Shown piece after piece: positions 1 through 13,500 of a stretch of 64,000 nt of DNA; the first letter of the stretch is position 1; every line of letters starts with the position of its first letter. Under the pieces are notes generated by a model, which made no database searches, was not told where the DNA came from, and worked only from the letters and a program-made list of their open reading frames with translations. A program made the position numbers and the translations under genes. This DNA comes from Seison nebaliae (taxonomy: Eukaryota): assembly GCA_023231475.1 (NCBI GenBank), contig JALJEE010001840.1, forward strand, positions 1 through 64,000, read 5' to 3'.

Positions 1-312
1 ATATAAGACGATTATACCCAAAAGTAACGTTCTAAATATTCATTTATTGAACCATTTATTAGAAGAATCGAGAACTTATATGAATCCGGAGAAATATTCC
101 TGTTTCTCTTATGAAAATTCCTATGGAATAATGAAAAACTACTTGAGAAGCGGGAATCAAGTTCTAAAACAAATGAAAAATTGTTTGACGGCAAGGAATT
201 TTAACATATTACATAACAAAGATTGTTCGTGCATTAAGTTAAAAAAATTCAAATTTTTTCGTAGAATGTACTTAAAATAAATGTGATTATAATTTTTTTA
301 TTTTTTATAAGA

Positions 313-1690
313 TTAATAAAGCAATTTTTGAAGTTCTGAGAATGTTTTATTCACATGAAATATAGTAGCTGCTACTGGACCACTGCATAGATTGTATCGG
401 ATATGTGGTTGTATTAGAAAAATATGCCCTTGTGATGCCATAACACTTAATTTATTTCTCTTTATTTCTACATTGCCAGAAGTTACTATTAGGATGGAAT
501 ACACAGGGATTCCGCCTATTTTCAGTTGAATTTCTCCAGTGGGAATCTGAAAGTTATGATTTCTTTATGAAATCTCTATGAAAATAACTTCTATTCGTTT
601 TATAGTAAACATACAGTTCACTGGTCGATATTCAAACATTAAACCGATATTGCCTATTTCGTAATATGGGAAAAGTCGTTCATCAAAACCGACACCTTGA
701 ATATCAATACTTGAGTTTAATGCTTCAATATCTTTTTCATGAGATGAGAATCCTGCAAATATTGGACTATCATTATTTGAGGAGATTTCTATGGCGTTTC
801 CATCTACGAAAGATATGGGTTCTCCACTTCTTACCAAAAGTGCTTCTCCCGGCTTCAGGGCAATGTCGTTCAAGAAATAAATCATAAATGGAGATAAGTC
901 ACTGGTTATCGTCATTAATAATGGTATGATTATATTCAACCGGTACAACTTTGATTGATAAGTTGGCGTATGTGTATGTTCTGTCATTAACATCAAATTA
1001 AAAAGGAAAATATGAAGCATTTTATAACTTTTCAATCTTTCCAACCTCGTTTGAAAATTTTTCAAGACTATTCTCTGAGATTCTTTCGTCGGATTTAATA
1101 ATTTAAAAAAACATTGTTTAATTGTCTTCGTTTGTTCGCTAATCGCACAATCATGCTTTATTTGTTCACGTAACCTTGTCTTTAATTCTATTCCAACTAA
1201 ATTACCTAATTCTGGTATTCCATCAATGGCTTCTAATATTTCTGGAAATGGTCGAAATCCTAACAATAATTTAAAAGGAGTCAAAGCGATAATTATTCCA
1301 TGATGAGGTTCGGCATCAGGATATTTTGAACGAGAAATGTTATGTAATTCACGGGCCTCTTCACGTCCAGGGTATACTTTTAAAGGAGATGGTGCTTCCA
1401 CCGATATTACTTTAGCCAGATAAGGAAGTAACTCACGATTTTGTTGTGTTAGATAATCGTTCAACAAACGAAATGATCCTGGTTCTACTTCAACATTACT
1501 TTTAGCACTAAAATGTGACCCGATGAGCAGCTGAAAAATAATATTATTTCGATCTTTTATGAAAAAATACTTCGGCGTAATGTTCATGGTCCATTACTGG
1601 ATTGTGTTGGGCTGACATTAAACCAACAACACCAGAAGATCCTGGTTTTCCATTTCTCATAATACGATGCGTAGGTTTTATTAGCAACAT
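313..1690 (-). CDS. Mannose-6-phosphate isomerase (type I PMI)-like protein, probably catalytically inactive; 4 exons
   Basis: Hand-spliced model: ATG 1690; introns 1531-1570, 981-1028 (in-frame) and 547-588; stop at 313. PMI-like segments HYAE|LLIGSH, LPYLAKVISV, IALTPFKLLLGFRP and LKPGEALLV are present, but the Zn ligands and catalytic Arg are substituted. Confidence 0.85.
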
Positions 1691-1802
1691 TTGAACAGAT
1701 TACGCGCAAAATTCAAAATTTATAAGATAATAAGGATAAAGTTATTTAGTATTATTTTATAACAAATAAAATTTTGTAAATATTTTTTTTTCTTACGATT
1801 CA

Positions 1803-1930
1803 TCAGAGTCTATAGTATAGACTCTATACCAATCGATCGGGATTCTGTTACCGATTTACACCGATTGATCAACGTTGGCGAAGTTCGAAATTTTTTATCT
1901 ATTTTTCAAATTAATCCCAACGGGAATTTC
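1803..1930. repeat. Dispersed palindrome-bearing repeat, copy 1
   Basis: Hairpin agagtctata-g-tatagactct, followed by ~100 bp that match 29220-29330 in reverse complement (gaaattcccgt[t/c]gggat...tttcga.cttcgccaa..ttgatca...tcccgatcgat.gg). Confidence 0.75.
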
Positions 1931-2614
1931 TCTAATAAATAATAATATTAAATCCACCATTTAACGCGCTTAACATTGGTAATAACGTTAATGAAACCAG
2001 GGAATGAAATCCGTCCTATTTTGGAACATTATCTAGAGAATTATATTCAATCGTGTGTAGTTTATTTATTCGATCTTTAGAAACATATTGTAATAAGTAC
2101 GAATCACGTAATTCGTACGTATTGTAGAAACAATATTCACGTAGTTTTTCTCAATTACAATATTCATAGTTCCAATTTTATAGTGTTTTCATTTCATCGA
2201 TAATCAGATCTTGGCCATATTTCTTGTTAGGTCTTCAAATATTGTTTCGGTTTCTAACACCATTGCGGTTCGGTTCTTTATCGTTTTTGTTTTCATCGAT
2301 CGCCATCGAAATGATGCCAATCGAGTTGGAACGATGACTAAAGTGTTTTTCGTATGCAACTTTTTTTTCTCTAAACAGCTGGATATTTCATCGTATTCTA
2401 TTTCGCATTCTCCCTCCCTTCAATGATAATCGATTATTCTGAAATGTATCAATTAGAAGGAAAGTAATTTTTCTTTATTCTAGTGAAAGTCAAAGATAAG
2501 TAATGTAAATGAATGCGAAAAATATAGGAACAATCAGATTATATCTTCACATTCCATTTCATTCTTGTATTATGATCCTATTTTTTTTTCAGTGAAAAAT
2601 TAAAAAATATGAGA

Positions 2615-3573
2615 TTAAACAAAATGAATTTTATTCGAATTAAATAAACAGAGCAATTCCATTATCTCATCAATCGATAATTGTCGAGCACGTCTCCGAG
2701 CTAAAGTTGAAGACGATAAAAAATTCTTTACATAATCTTTTATAACGAATTCTTCAGGAACATCCTTTGCAATTATCCGATAATTTGCTTCTAAAACATT
2801 CAACACTTTCTTGTTACAAAAAAGAGTTTCTACCGTTCGATTTTTCCTTGTAAATATGATTCGAGTGAGACCTTCCCATTCTTTGTACGCGATATTGGGC
2901 AAAGGATTTTTAGGTTCAATTCGTACAACTGTAGATTCTACTTTAGGCGGCGGTCGAAAATGTGATTTCCCAACATTCATTAATCGAGACACATTTGCCA
3001 ATAGATGAGTTGTAACAGATAGACGACAATAATTTTTATCACCCGGTTCTGCCACTAAACGATCAGCAAATTCTTTTTGTAACATCAAAATGGCACAACG
3101 GAAATTTCGGTTTAATAACAGCTTGAAAATGAATGGTGCTGATATTTGATATGGTAAATTTGACACACAAATATCGAAGAATGGTAAATCTTGTTTCAAA
3201 ACGTCCCCTTTGTTGATGGTTAATTTTCTTCGATTGTCTTTATATTGAACTCGTTTAAGTAATTCTGAACATAATCTATCATCAATTTCACATACTGTTA
3301 ACTTTGAACATTTTTCCAATAACTTGACTGTTAAGTTACCCTTAATATGAAACGAAAATAAGAAAATGAATAAACAAACAAATTAACTGTTCCTGGGCCG
3401 ACTTCCAACACTTTATCAGTTGGTTTGATTCCCGATTTCTCGACCATTTTATCAATAATCGAACCTGTTTTCAGAATGTGCTGCCCATGAGCCTTATTAA
3501 AGATAATATTCTGTCTCACATTTGACGATGATGTCGATGTTGAGGATTTTCCGGATTTATTTGATTTCCTCAT
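2615..3573 (-). CDS. DIMT1: 18S rRNA dimethyladenosine transferase (Dim1/KsgA family); 2 exons
   Basis: Motifs GQHILK, LEVGPGT|GNLT (joined across the 47-bp intron 3341-3387), [21 protein letters not shown] and FRPPPKVES. Confidence 0.96.
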
Positions 3574-4370
3574 GGTATTTATATAAGTTTTCTAAAACGA
3601 ATTTTTTTTAAAACTTAAAATTTAAATTTCATATAAACAAAAAAGTATTGTTTTAATGATTCTCATAAAAAAATTGAAAATAACTTTATCTGAATAAATC
3701 TTTTCGAAATGGTTTCTTAAAAAGATTCTAAAGCGTAAGAAAACTTTTTTCCGAGATTTTAATTAGGCAAAGTTGTATAATTAATTCATCAAGTTGTGTT
3801 CAATTAATGTCAGATAATTATACAAGACATACTTCATCTCATTCCATTCCCACAATGCACAAAAGTTACAATATAGAAATGTATATGTAATGTTAGATTT
3901 TCTTCCATTAAAAAATGATGGAAATTAATAAGTCTACTTATGATAAATACATATTGCAAATTTGTATTAAAGAATTCAGAAGGGAAAAACTGAATATATA
4001 AATACAAAGACGTGTCACTATTATAAAGATAAAAAATATGAAATATTTTTGAAGAATTTAATAATTTAACGTTTTTTCTCCGTCCTTGGAATTATGATAT
4101 GTATTTGAATAGAATAATGAAATTCAATTAGAATGTATAGTTATTAAGTTTCTTATCGAGGTAGTTATTGCATCTACTGTTAAGACGTATCTCTCTCAAT
4201 TGTTTGAAATATTCGAAAGAAGAATATCGTCACTGAATTATTTTTATATAACCGTTTATTGAAATTATGTTTCATTCATTCAATATCATCAAAAAACGGT
4301 AATAGGGGAAGAAAATTTTAGCTTTCTTTCTTTTCAATAGAAGAAGTAGAAAAAACAAAACGTTTGATAA

Positions 4371-5402
4371 ATGGATGATCTGTCATTTCTTTCGAAACTC
4401 GCAATTTCTTCGTTAGTTGGAATTGGCGGTATTTTACTGATAAGAAGAGTATTTTTTTCTGATGATCAAAATACAACCACGAAGAAAAAGGACGAAGATG
4501 TGAATGATGAAAATAAAGGTGATATGAATAAGGAACAACAATGGAATGATTCTTTTACTTTCATTCAAAGTGCTGATTGCCAATTGGGATTAATCGATCG
4601 CTATTTTAAGAAAGCAACAGTAGAAGAATGTACGTGGAATCGTGAAATTGAGTTGGTTAATAAAACGGTTGATCAGTTAAATGCAATGGATCCTCCACCC
4701 AAATTTCTCGTCGTTTGTGGTGATCTAGTTGATGCATTCCCATTTCCTGAAAATGAGGAGATTGTACGAGAGAAACAGATAAAAGATTTGAAAAAATCAT
4801 TTGAAAAATTGAAGAACAATATCAAATTAATTTGTGTTTGTGGCAATCATGATGTTGGTAACAATCCGACTCATCGCTCTTTGGAAATGTATAGAAATGA
4901 TTGGGGTAAAGATTTCTTCTCGTTTTGGAGTGGCGGTTGTTTATTTCTTGTACTAAATTCTCAATACTATTTCGTCGATGGGAAACCAAAACATGTTCTC
5001 GATGACCGCGATGTCACGATTCATGACGAAATTAGGAAACAAGAAAACTTCTTGAATGAAATTTTGTCACAGATTTATACAAAAAGAATCAATCCAAAAC
5101 ATATCATTGTATTTCAACATATTGCTCCATTTCTCAAATCTATCGACGAAGAAGACGAAATTTACTTTTCTTTGTCTATTCAAAGTCGTAAGAAGATTCT
5201 TAATAAATTATATAAAGCTGGCGTGCGTCATATATTTTGCGGTCATTATCATCGAAATGTATTGACTTCATGTTACGACGGTGAAATGCAAATTATTGTC
5301 ACTTCCGCTATCGGTGCACAACTGGGAGACGATAAAAGTGGTTATCGAATTGTGCAAGTTAATGAAAAATCAATTGATCACAAATATGTAGAAATCGATT
5401 AA
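4371..5402 (+). CDS. CPPED1: Calcineurin-like metallophosphoesterase CPPED1 homologue with an N-terminal hydrophobic segment
   Basis: Intronless 343-aa ORF with ADCQLG, CGDLVDA, GNHDVG, FQH, GHYH and TSAIGAQLG motifs. Confidence 0.9.
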   Translation: MDDLSFLSKLAISSLVGIGGILLIRRVFFSDDQNTTTKKKDEDVNDENKGDMNKEQQWNDSFTFIQSADCQLGLIDRYFKKATVEECTWNREIELVNKTVDQLNAMDPPPKFLVVCGDLVDAFPFPENEEIVREKQIKDLKKSFEKLKNNIKLICVCGNHDVGNNPTHRSLEMYRNDWGKDFFSFWSGGCLFLVLNSQYYFVDGKPKHVLDDRDVTIHDEIRKQENFLNEILSQIYTKRINPKHIIVFQHIAPFLKSIDEEDEIYFSLSIQSRKKILNKLYKAGVRHIFCGHYHRNVLTSCYDGEMQIIVTSAIGAQLGDDKSGYRIVQVNEKSIDHKYVEID

Positions 5403-7510
5403 AAATATTTCTTAATTAATATCTAAATAGAAAAGGTTTTTTATCATTTCCAATAGTTCTCTTGTTCTAATCTATTTCTTCTGGAAATGTTTCCGTCTCA
5501 TTCTCTTTTTGATCTTTTTTCTTCAATGTGCATTTTATTTAACAATCAATATAATTTCTTTTTCTCACACAATTAGTTTCGAATCATCAAATTACTGTTT
5601 TTCTAAATCGTTTATCGAATTTTTTTAATCAGAAATTATGTTTTCAGTATAAAGAATTTATTTAACAAGGAAATTTTCAATAGAAAGAAATTAATTGACT
5701 TTTAAAATTCTTTTTATTACATGGTTTAATTAAATTCCGATCACTAAAATTATTGACACATAATAGAAAATGAACAATTTTCGTATATTGAATCTTCGAA
5801 AAATTCGTCCAATAGTCCATATTTTATCCAAATTAGGAATGATTTGCTTCTTTCTGTGCATGAAAATCTTCTCACAAGTATCTTTGAAGATCTTCAAAAA
5901 AAAAATAGTTAAAAAAATTATTGAAAAAAAGGCATTGGTTACAAAAACGATAAACCAAGGATACTGTGTGATATTAGGTAATCGGTTTCCTTGGAAATAA
6001 ATTGGAAAACGTCATGTCAATTTATTATTAGAAGATATTAAGTTTGTCTATTTCAATTGCATCATTACAAAACTGTACACATTACAGAAATCCATTGCAG
6101 TGTCCTTTTGACAATTCATCGAATAAAACCAGTGCTTGTTTAGAAGGGTACAGTTGTTAGAAGTACGCTTGTTAGAAGATTTAGAATAAAGACAATTCTG
6201 TGATAATTGCTGGTCAAGATGAATGAATTTATCTTACAATTAAAAAAATAAAATTGTCAAATGTTTACAAACTTGGATGAATTTCTCACCGAATCAATTT
6301 CAGGGGTTCAAAATTTATTCACCAAAATATTTTTAAACTTTCAATTAACTTTTATTTTTAATCGATCAATGTAATAACAATGCTTTGAACTTGGGTATTC
6401 TAAAATTTTAGGAAATCCTCAGTTTCGTCAATCTTGCTTCGGTTATCTATCTTTTTACTTACAGACCACATTATGAAGTTGATAGTATGTACCCCAGACG
6501 CATTGACATAATAATTGACAAAATATTTTTACAAAAATCTGAAATTCATACGAAATAATTTCTTATTAATTCTTGGAAAATATTATAGTCTTAATAAGAA
6601 GAAATAATTTGACTTCTTCTCAAGAAATCGGTAAGAAAAAGTAGAAAAATGAACTGTTTTGATAATGATGTTGTGATTAGTTAATGAACAATTATTTGAC
6701 GTGTTAGGCGCTTCACCGATTTTATTCATTTTAGTACATTTCGTTATTTCCTATCAAAATCATATTGGTATTTTTCATGATGGTGACGGTGATAAGAAAT
6801 GATAGAAATTTTTGTTATTATAAAAAAATTCCGATTGATTGATAGTGGGTGGGATGTCACTCGTTTGGAGGGAACTTATCAGAAATTCTGAAAAGAAGAA
6901 ATAATTTTTTAATTCTCAAACTATTCACTTCGATTATCGTTAATATTCAATAGAATTATTTTATCGAATGAATTGGAATACATCATCACGAATATAATAT
7001 TCTTTGTCCTCTCTTCATCACTTACTGGTTATTTCTTCGTAATAGCAGAATTGCATTTCTTCTAAAAACATGACAAGTTTCTCAACAATATCGTAATTAT
7101 TAATAAGTTCATTCAATTTACGTACAAATCATTAGAAACGCGAATGATTCATACTTTTTTAAATGTATCAATATATCGAAGAAAATCACAATATAATTAC
7201 GAAAAATCGAAGCTATGAGACATAAAGGAGTCGATTATGAAAGAAGAAGAATTATGGTAGAAGTCTTTCAATAACTCCTTTCTTCAAAACTGAATATATA
7301 TGTTCCACAATAATTGCTTCGTTGATAAAAGACAATTAAATTGCTATATATTCAATTTACTTTTATTCTCATGATAATTATCGATATAATATCAATATTC
7401 TTTCCCTAAAATACCAATTACTTAACAAATTCATTAATTTATAATTATAATTAATCTTTGATATAATCAAAACTTTTAAAGAATTATCCAAATTCCAATA
7501 CTCCAGTAAA

Positions 7511-10500
7511 ATGAATTACATTCTGTTATTGATACTTTTCAAAAACTTCCTCCTAACATACGTCTCTTCACAATGTTCACCGGACGAATACGTATTTGTC
7601 GTTGATCTACTGGAATGTGACACCTTTGATAAATGTGATACGAATGGCGTTGCAATTGACATGCCCGATGTTAATTTAGCTGAATATGAGTTAATTCCGA
7701 AACGGAACGTCTTTTCAGGTTTTTCTACCAACTTTTTAAAAAAGTTTCCGAATAAATTTTAATTTTAATAGGAAATCCTATCGATTTATTATCATTTTTT
7801 CAACTTGGTGTTCAAAATGGTCAATTGAGAATTTCGATGAAAAAGGAATTTGATCGAGAACGTGGCAATCTTAATTCGAATGATGATATAAACATCGTTG
7901 AATTCGATCTCTCATGTAAACCAAAATCTGATATGAATAATAAAGAATTCCGATTTCAATTGCAAGTCAATATTATCGATGTTAATGACAATTCACCAAT
8001 GTTTACGAATCAAAACAATTCTGCAGAGATTTTAGAGAATCGGGATATAAACACAATTGTCATTCAGAATTTGATCGCAACTGATCCAGATTTTTTAGAG
8101 AATGGACAAGTTAATTATGAACTTTCTAGTGTCGATAGTCAGAAAGGTACATTTATGGACGGTACACAGTACTTCTCTTTATCGCCGAACGGAAATAATT
8201 TGATAGTGTCATCGAATTTGGATTATGAAGCATTAAATCTTGAAGGAATGAATGATATAACGTTTGAAATGGTCTTAACAGCGAAAGTTAATAGTGAAAA
8301 GTAATTCATTATATTTAATATTTAATTCCATCTAGGACCAAGCTAGTAATAAAGGTGAAGTGAGAAGTGGATCAACGACACTTAAATTAAAATTGTTAGA
8401 CGATGATGATCTGGGTCCAATATTTGAAACGGATTCATGCGGAACTGGTCGTTATAAAACGATTTGCGCCAATCCAATATTCAATGTAAATCCATCAATT
8501 TGGATGTCTGTTAATATATATTTCTTTTGAATGAAGATTAATATCAAAAATTTTTGATGATTAGGATGCACCCATGAATCTTCAATATTCGAATGGAGAG
8601 AATATAATAAGAGCGAGAGATAATGACACATTAAATGCTTCCATATTTTATCAAATACCTGATAGTCAACCGAATAACTTGAGAGATTATTTTCAAATAA
8701 ATTATGCCAATAATGAAGCTAGACTTCGATTAAACGAGAAAATACCTGAATCTCTAATAAATTCAAACGATTTATTATCATTAACTATTGTAGCGACGGA
8801 AAACACGACACTGGAAAGATATAGCACTGCAAAAATTTTTCTAATAAAGAATCAGTCTAATCCAATTTTTTTCGACGATTCCTGGTTATTAGAAAAGACT
8901 TTAATTAACGGATATATATTTGAAGACGCGAAAACTGGAGAATTCATTTATGACAAAGATACAAATGCTCCAATTCAATTAAGAGGCAAATATAAGTCAT
9001 TCGGTGTTAGTTTCCAATAAATATTTTGTGTTTCATCGATAAAATTATTTAATTTATTGTTTTCTCCAATTCTAAATCAATTTAGGGTTATGTGGCAAGT
9101 GGATTAATAAGGTTTTCAGATCAAACATTACCCGCTGGCATTTCTATCACAGACGATGGTCTTCTCTTTTATGATGGAGGAATTCCATTAGACTTTGAAA
9201 GTGACAATAAATTTATTGCACCATTCATTGTTCAATCATCGAATCCCGATAACTCTAATTCTCAAATTGCTAATATTCAACAGATTGAAATAAGAAATGT
9301 GAACGATGAGCCTCCGATTATACAGAAACCGGCACCAATATCTGTCGGAAAGATTGTTGAAAGTACATCTTTAACGAGAATTGTGGCAACTGATAAAGAG
9401 AATGATATAATAAATTTTAGAATTATGCGTGTCGTTGCAACTGATATGAAGACAGGTGAAGTAAGGGAAATAACAAATGTAGATAATCAATTTTCTATCG
9501 ATTCAAATGGTGTCATATCTGGAAAACAATTGAATGAAGGAAATATTTATTCTCTTTTAATTTCCGCATCTGATGGCGTTCATCAGACATATGAGACGGT
9601 ACAAATTGGAGTTGATGTCGATAATGTATCAACAGATAATTCTTTTATTATCTCTCAGATAATTCCCATCACTTCCTCTCAACTTCAAAGTGCATCTACC
9701 AATTCACCTCTCCTCATTTATTCGTTGGATGATGTCGTTAAATTAAATGGTAATTCTATCCAACATACTGCTCAATTCTCCTCAGATAATAACAACAATA
9801 ATATTCCATTCCATTTATCGTCATCTGGAGATTTAAGGTTGATTGCTCCAATCACTCTTAATAATGCTCCTTATAAAATACCAACAATCGATATCCGTGA
9901 CGCTAATGGAATTATTGGGAAAATCGATTTAGCTATTAATCCAGTTAAAGATAATTTGATGTCACCTCAATTTCAAACGGAATTAATAAATGGAGCGAAG
10001 CTAAATTACAAAATTGGTCAAACACTTCCAAAAATTGGTGCAACTGATTTAGAAACATCTAATCGTATCACATACAAATTGATCAGTGATGCATATGGAA
10101 ATGAGATGTTTGGAATCGATGCAAGAACAGGACAATTATTTGCAAAGAAAACGGAAGATATCACAGCACCAGTCACCCTCACAATTGAAGCATCAGATAA
10201 CGATAACTCGCCGATAGCAAGAAAATCATATTTCAATTTAGTTCTAATTCCACCACAAGCTCAAGATTTTTTTGATCAAAATATTTTAATTGAACGAAAT
10301 TTCGATGAAAACATTCCACCAAATACATTGATACATCAATATCAAGTACCATCTAATGCTATATGTTCCATCACAGACGTTAATATGAGACAATATTTTT
10401 TAGTAAATCATGTTAATTCCAATGGAATAAATAAATGTGAGGTGCGAACATTATCTCCGTTAGATTTTGAGAGCAATCCTCAATTTTTCATTCCAATTTC

Positions 10501-13500
10501 ACTTGAAGGAACAGACAATAATCGATATATCCGTCTTCTATTAAATGACGTTGATGAATATCCTCCAAACTTTTTGTTTCCGTCTAATTTCCAAAATGTT
10601 TATCTACGTGAAAATATGGTATCTGATTCCGTTCCATTATCAATATTTACATCAGCAAAAGACAATGATGGCACTTCCCAAATAAAATACTTTACTAATT
10701 CTTCTCTCATTCGAATTGATGAGAATAATGGTCTCATATATTTTACGAATAATGCTATGAATCGTCAATGGTTAGATGCATCAACCCAACCACAAGATGT
10801 TGAGATCTTCGCTTACGACAAACCGAATGGCGTAGTAGGTAAAACATTAATTCGATTACATCCTTTTCATTTTACATCTACTCAATCGACTGGACAATGT
10901 TCGGAATTGATTAATGATTCAATTAACTTTTTAAGTTTTAACATTTTCTATTAAACATCTTCAGCATAATTTTACTTTATTTCAGATACACCAATCGAGA
11001 GAACTCTTCAGAATTCACCTTCTTCAACGATCAACATAAATATTGCTGAAGATATAAATCCAACAAGATATTTAAATAAATCTTCTAAAATTCTCAAAGG
11101 CATTTCTAATGATCAAAAGAAAATGAACATAAACGACGTTAATCAATATTTTACAATGATCCATCCCAACCAATTATTGATCCGAAATGATAATTTAATT
11201 CGCGAGAAATTTCAATTAAGCTCCAACGAATGGTCAAACATTAATTTGTTATTATCTGTTTCCGTTTACGATAGTGTAAGAAGGAAATGTATTTTCGGAA
11301 CCACAATAGTCACCGTTAAATTTCCACCACAATTTAAATTGATTGATTGCAATACAAATATGGTGAACAAGAAATTTATAATTGATGAAGATAATCATTT
11401 GCCACATAAAGTAGGGAGTGTGGGAATTCGAAGTAACAACGATAATCGTTTACGTTATCGTCGTGCAAATTTTGGAAATACTATAACACCATCACTTTTC
11501 GATATCAATGAATTGACCGGAGATATTGTTCAAATTGCATATCCGTCTAACAGTATTGGTGTTTATCGATTTCCTGTTCGGATTATTGATCTTGCATATC
11601 AATGTGAAGGAAAATGTGAACAGATGATAGACTCAGAAATTACGATAAATCGAAATCTCTTCTCACCAATTTTCCCGAAATCATTTAATGAAATTGAACT
11701 AAATTCGGAGTCGAGCATAATTCCAAGAAAATTATCAAGTTTACCCGCAACAGATAACGATCAGAATGGTCATCGATTCTCTTCAGTCAAATACACAATC
11801 TCACAAATCTACCCATCAACTTATGCCAATTATTTTAGGATTGACGAGAGTTTAGGCGATTTATTTCTGACTCAAAATTTGCCTGATGATTCTACAGATA
11901 ATATTTTTCTAACAATTGAAGCAACGGATTCGGCTAAGGTCAATCCTAAGTCATCGAAAACGATAGTTAACATTAAAAAAAAGAATAATGTACTGAACGA
12001 CACACCAACATTCCAAACGATTCTTGATAAGAAAATAGTGAACGAAAATAGTTTAGTGAATTCCATAATCTACCAAGCGAAATTACTTCGTCCAAATTTA
12101 AATAATATTTTATTCGAAATTGAATCGGGAAATGAAGATGACAAATTTTCTATCGATCCAACAAGTGGGAATGTATTCTTAAGGAAACCTTTAGACTACG
12201 AAGAGAAAACGTTTTATGATCTCATCATTAAAGCGAGAGAACAATCATCGCGACTGTATTCTTTCATGACTCTCCGAATTGAAGTTAATGACGTAAATGA
12301 ATTCCCTCCGAAATTTGATCGCAGTAATTACTTTTTTCAAGTTCGTCCATCATTAACAAGTTCAGTTTATATTTCCCAATTAAAAGCAACGGATGATGAC
12401 AAAAATCCGAATGAGAAACTTAGTTATCGATTGACGAATACAAATAAGTTTACAATAGATGATAATGGAATTCTTTCAATCCTTCCACATCAAACATCAG
12501 TCCAAGAACAATTCGAGTTTCTTGTTTACGCTTCTGATCGTTTTGGAAGAGAATCTCTGCCATCAAAAATAATAGTGCAAACAATTCCTATAGTCGAAGA
12601 GAAGATCTTTAATTCTGATCGTTGTCCTCACAAAGATGCTGTTTTATTGCCGGAGAATAAAGTGCAACAACCACTAGTAAATTTAGTGATCTTCTTAGCA
12701 CAAGATTCTAATGAAATTAGACAGAAGATTAGATTGAAAAACTATTTAACGGAATTTCAAATTGATCCAAATTCTTTACTGTTATCTAATCGTCGTCCAT
12801 TTGATTATGAAACAATTTCGTCACCTCAAATTCCTCTGCAAATATTCCATCTAGATTTCCCTAATGATATTTGTCAAATAACTGTAACGATTGTTAATGA
12901 AAATGATGAGGCTCCAATATTTTTGGACGATAATATGGTCATCCCATTCCAAGTAGATGACACTTCTTCCCAATTTTATGCGCGGGCGAAAGATCCTGAT
13001 GCAGATATACTCCAATATAAGATTGAAGAAATTCCTGATGAATTAAGAAATCTCATAAATATTAATCCCATAAGTGGTCTAATTTTTACGACTGATCCTA
13101 ATCGATTAACTGAATTAGCACCGACACTATCTCAAATTCCATTTAAGATATCTGTTAGCGACGGGAAACATAAGACGACAACCATGGTTCGATGGACAAT
13201 CAATTTTGACGGAAATTATGAAATTCGTTCTAATACTCCAACGCACCATCAATTTTATCAAGAGAGTCAGCAAACTCCATTATTATTCAAAATGGATGGT
13301 CAAGTGGTCGATCGGAGAAATGGAATTCCCTTACCTCAAAATTTATATCGTATACAATATTCATTGATTAACACAACTTATGTTTCAATTGATAAATCGA
13401 CTGGAGAAATTAGTATTCATAATTGGCCATTGACAGATACAGTAATCAATTGTATTGTTAGAATGGACGTAGAAAAGTTGTTCGCAACTTCACCGACTGT

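Noticed and set aside
2205..2430. Short open frames on both strands between the MPI-like gene and DIMT1
   Set aside because: No credible start, splice partner or recognisable motif; likely chance or unidentifiable debris.
8983..9085. Possible GC-AG intron in the cadherin
   Set aside because: A canonical in-frame donor (gttagt at 9006) explains the junction.
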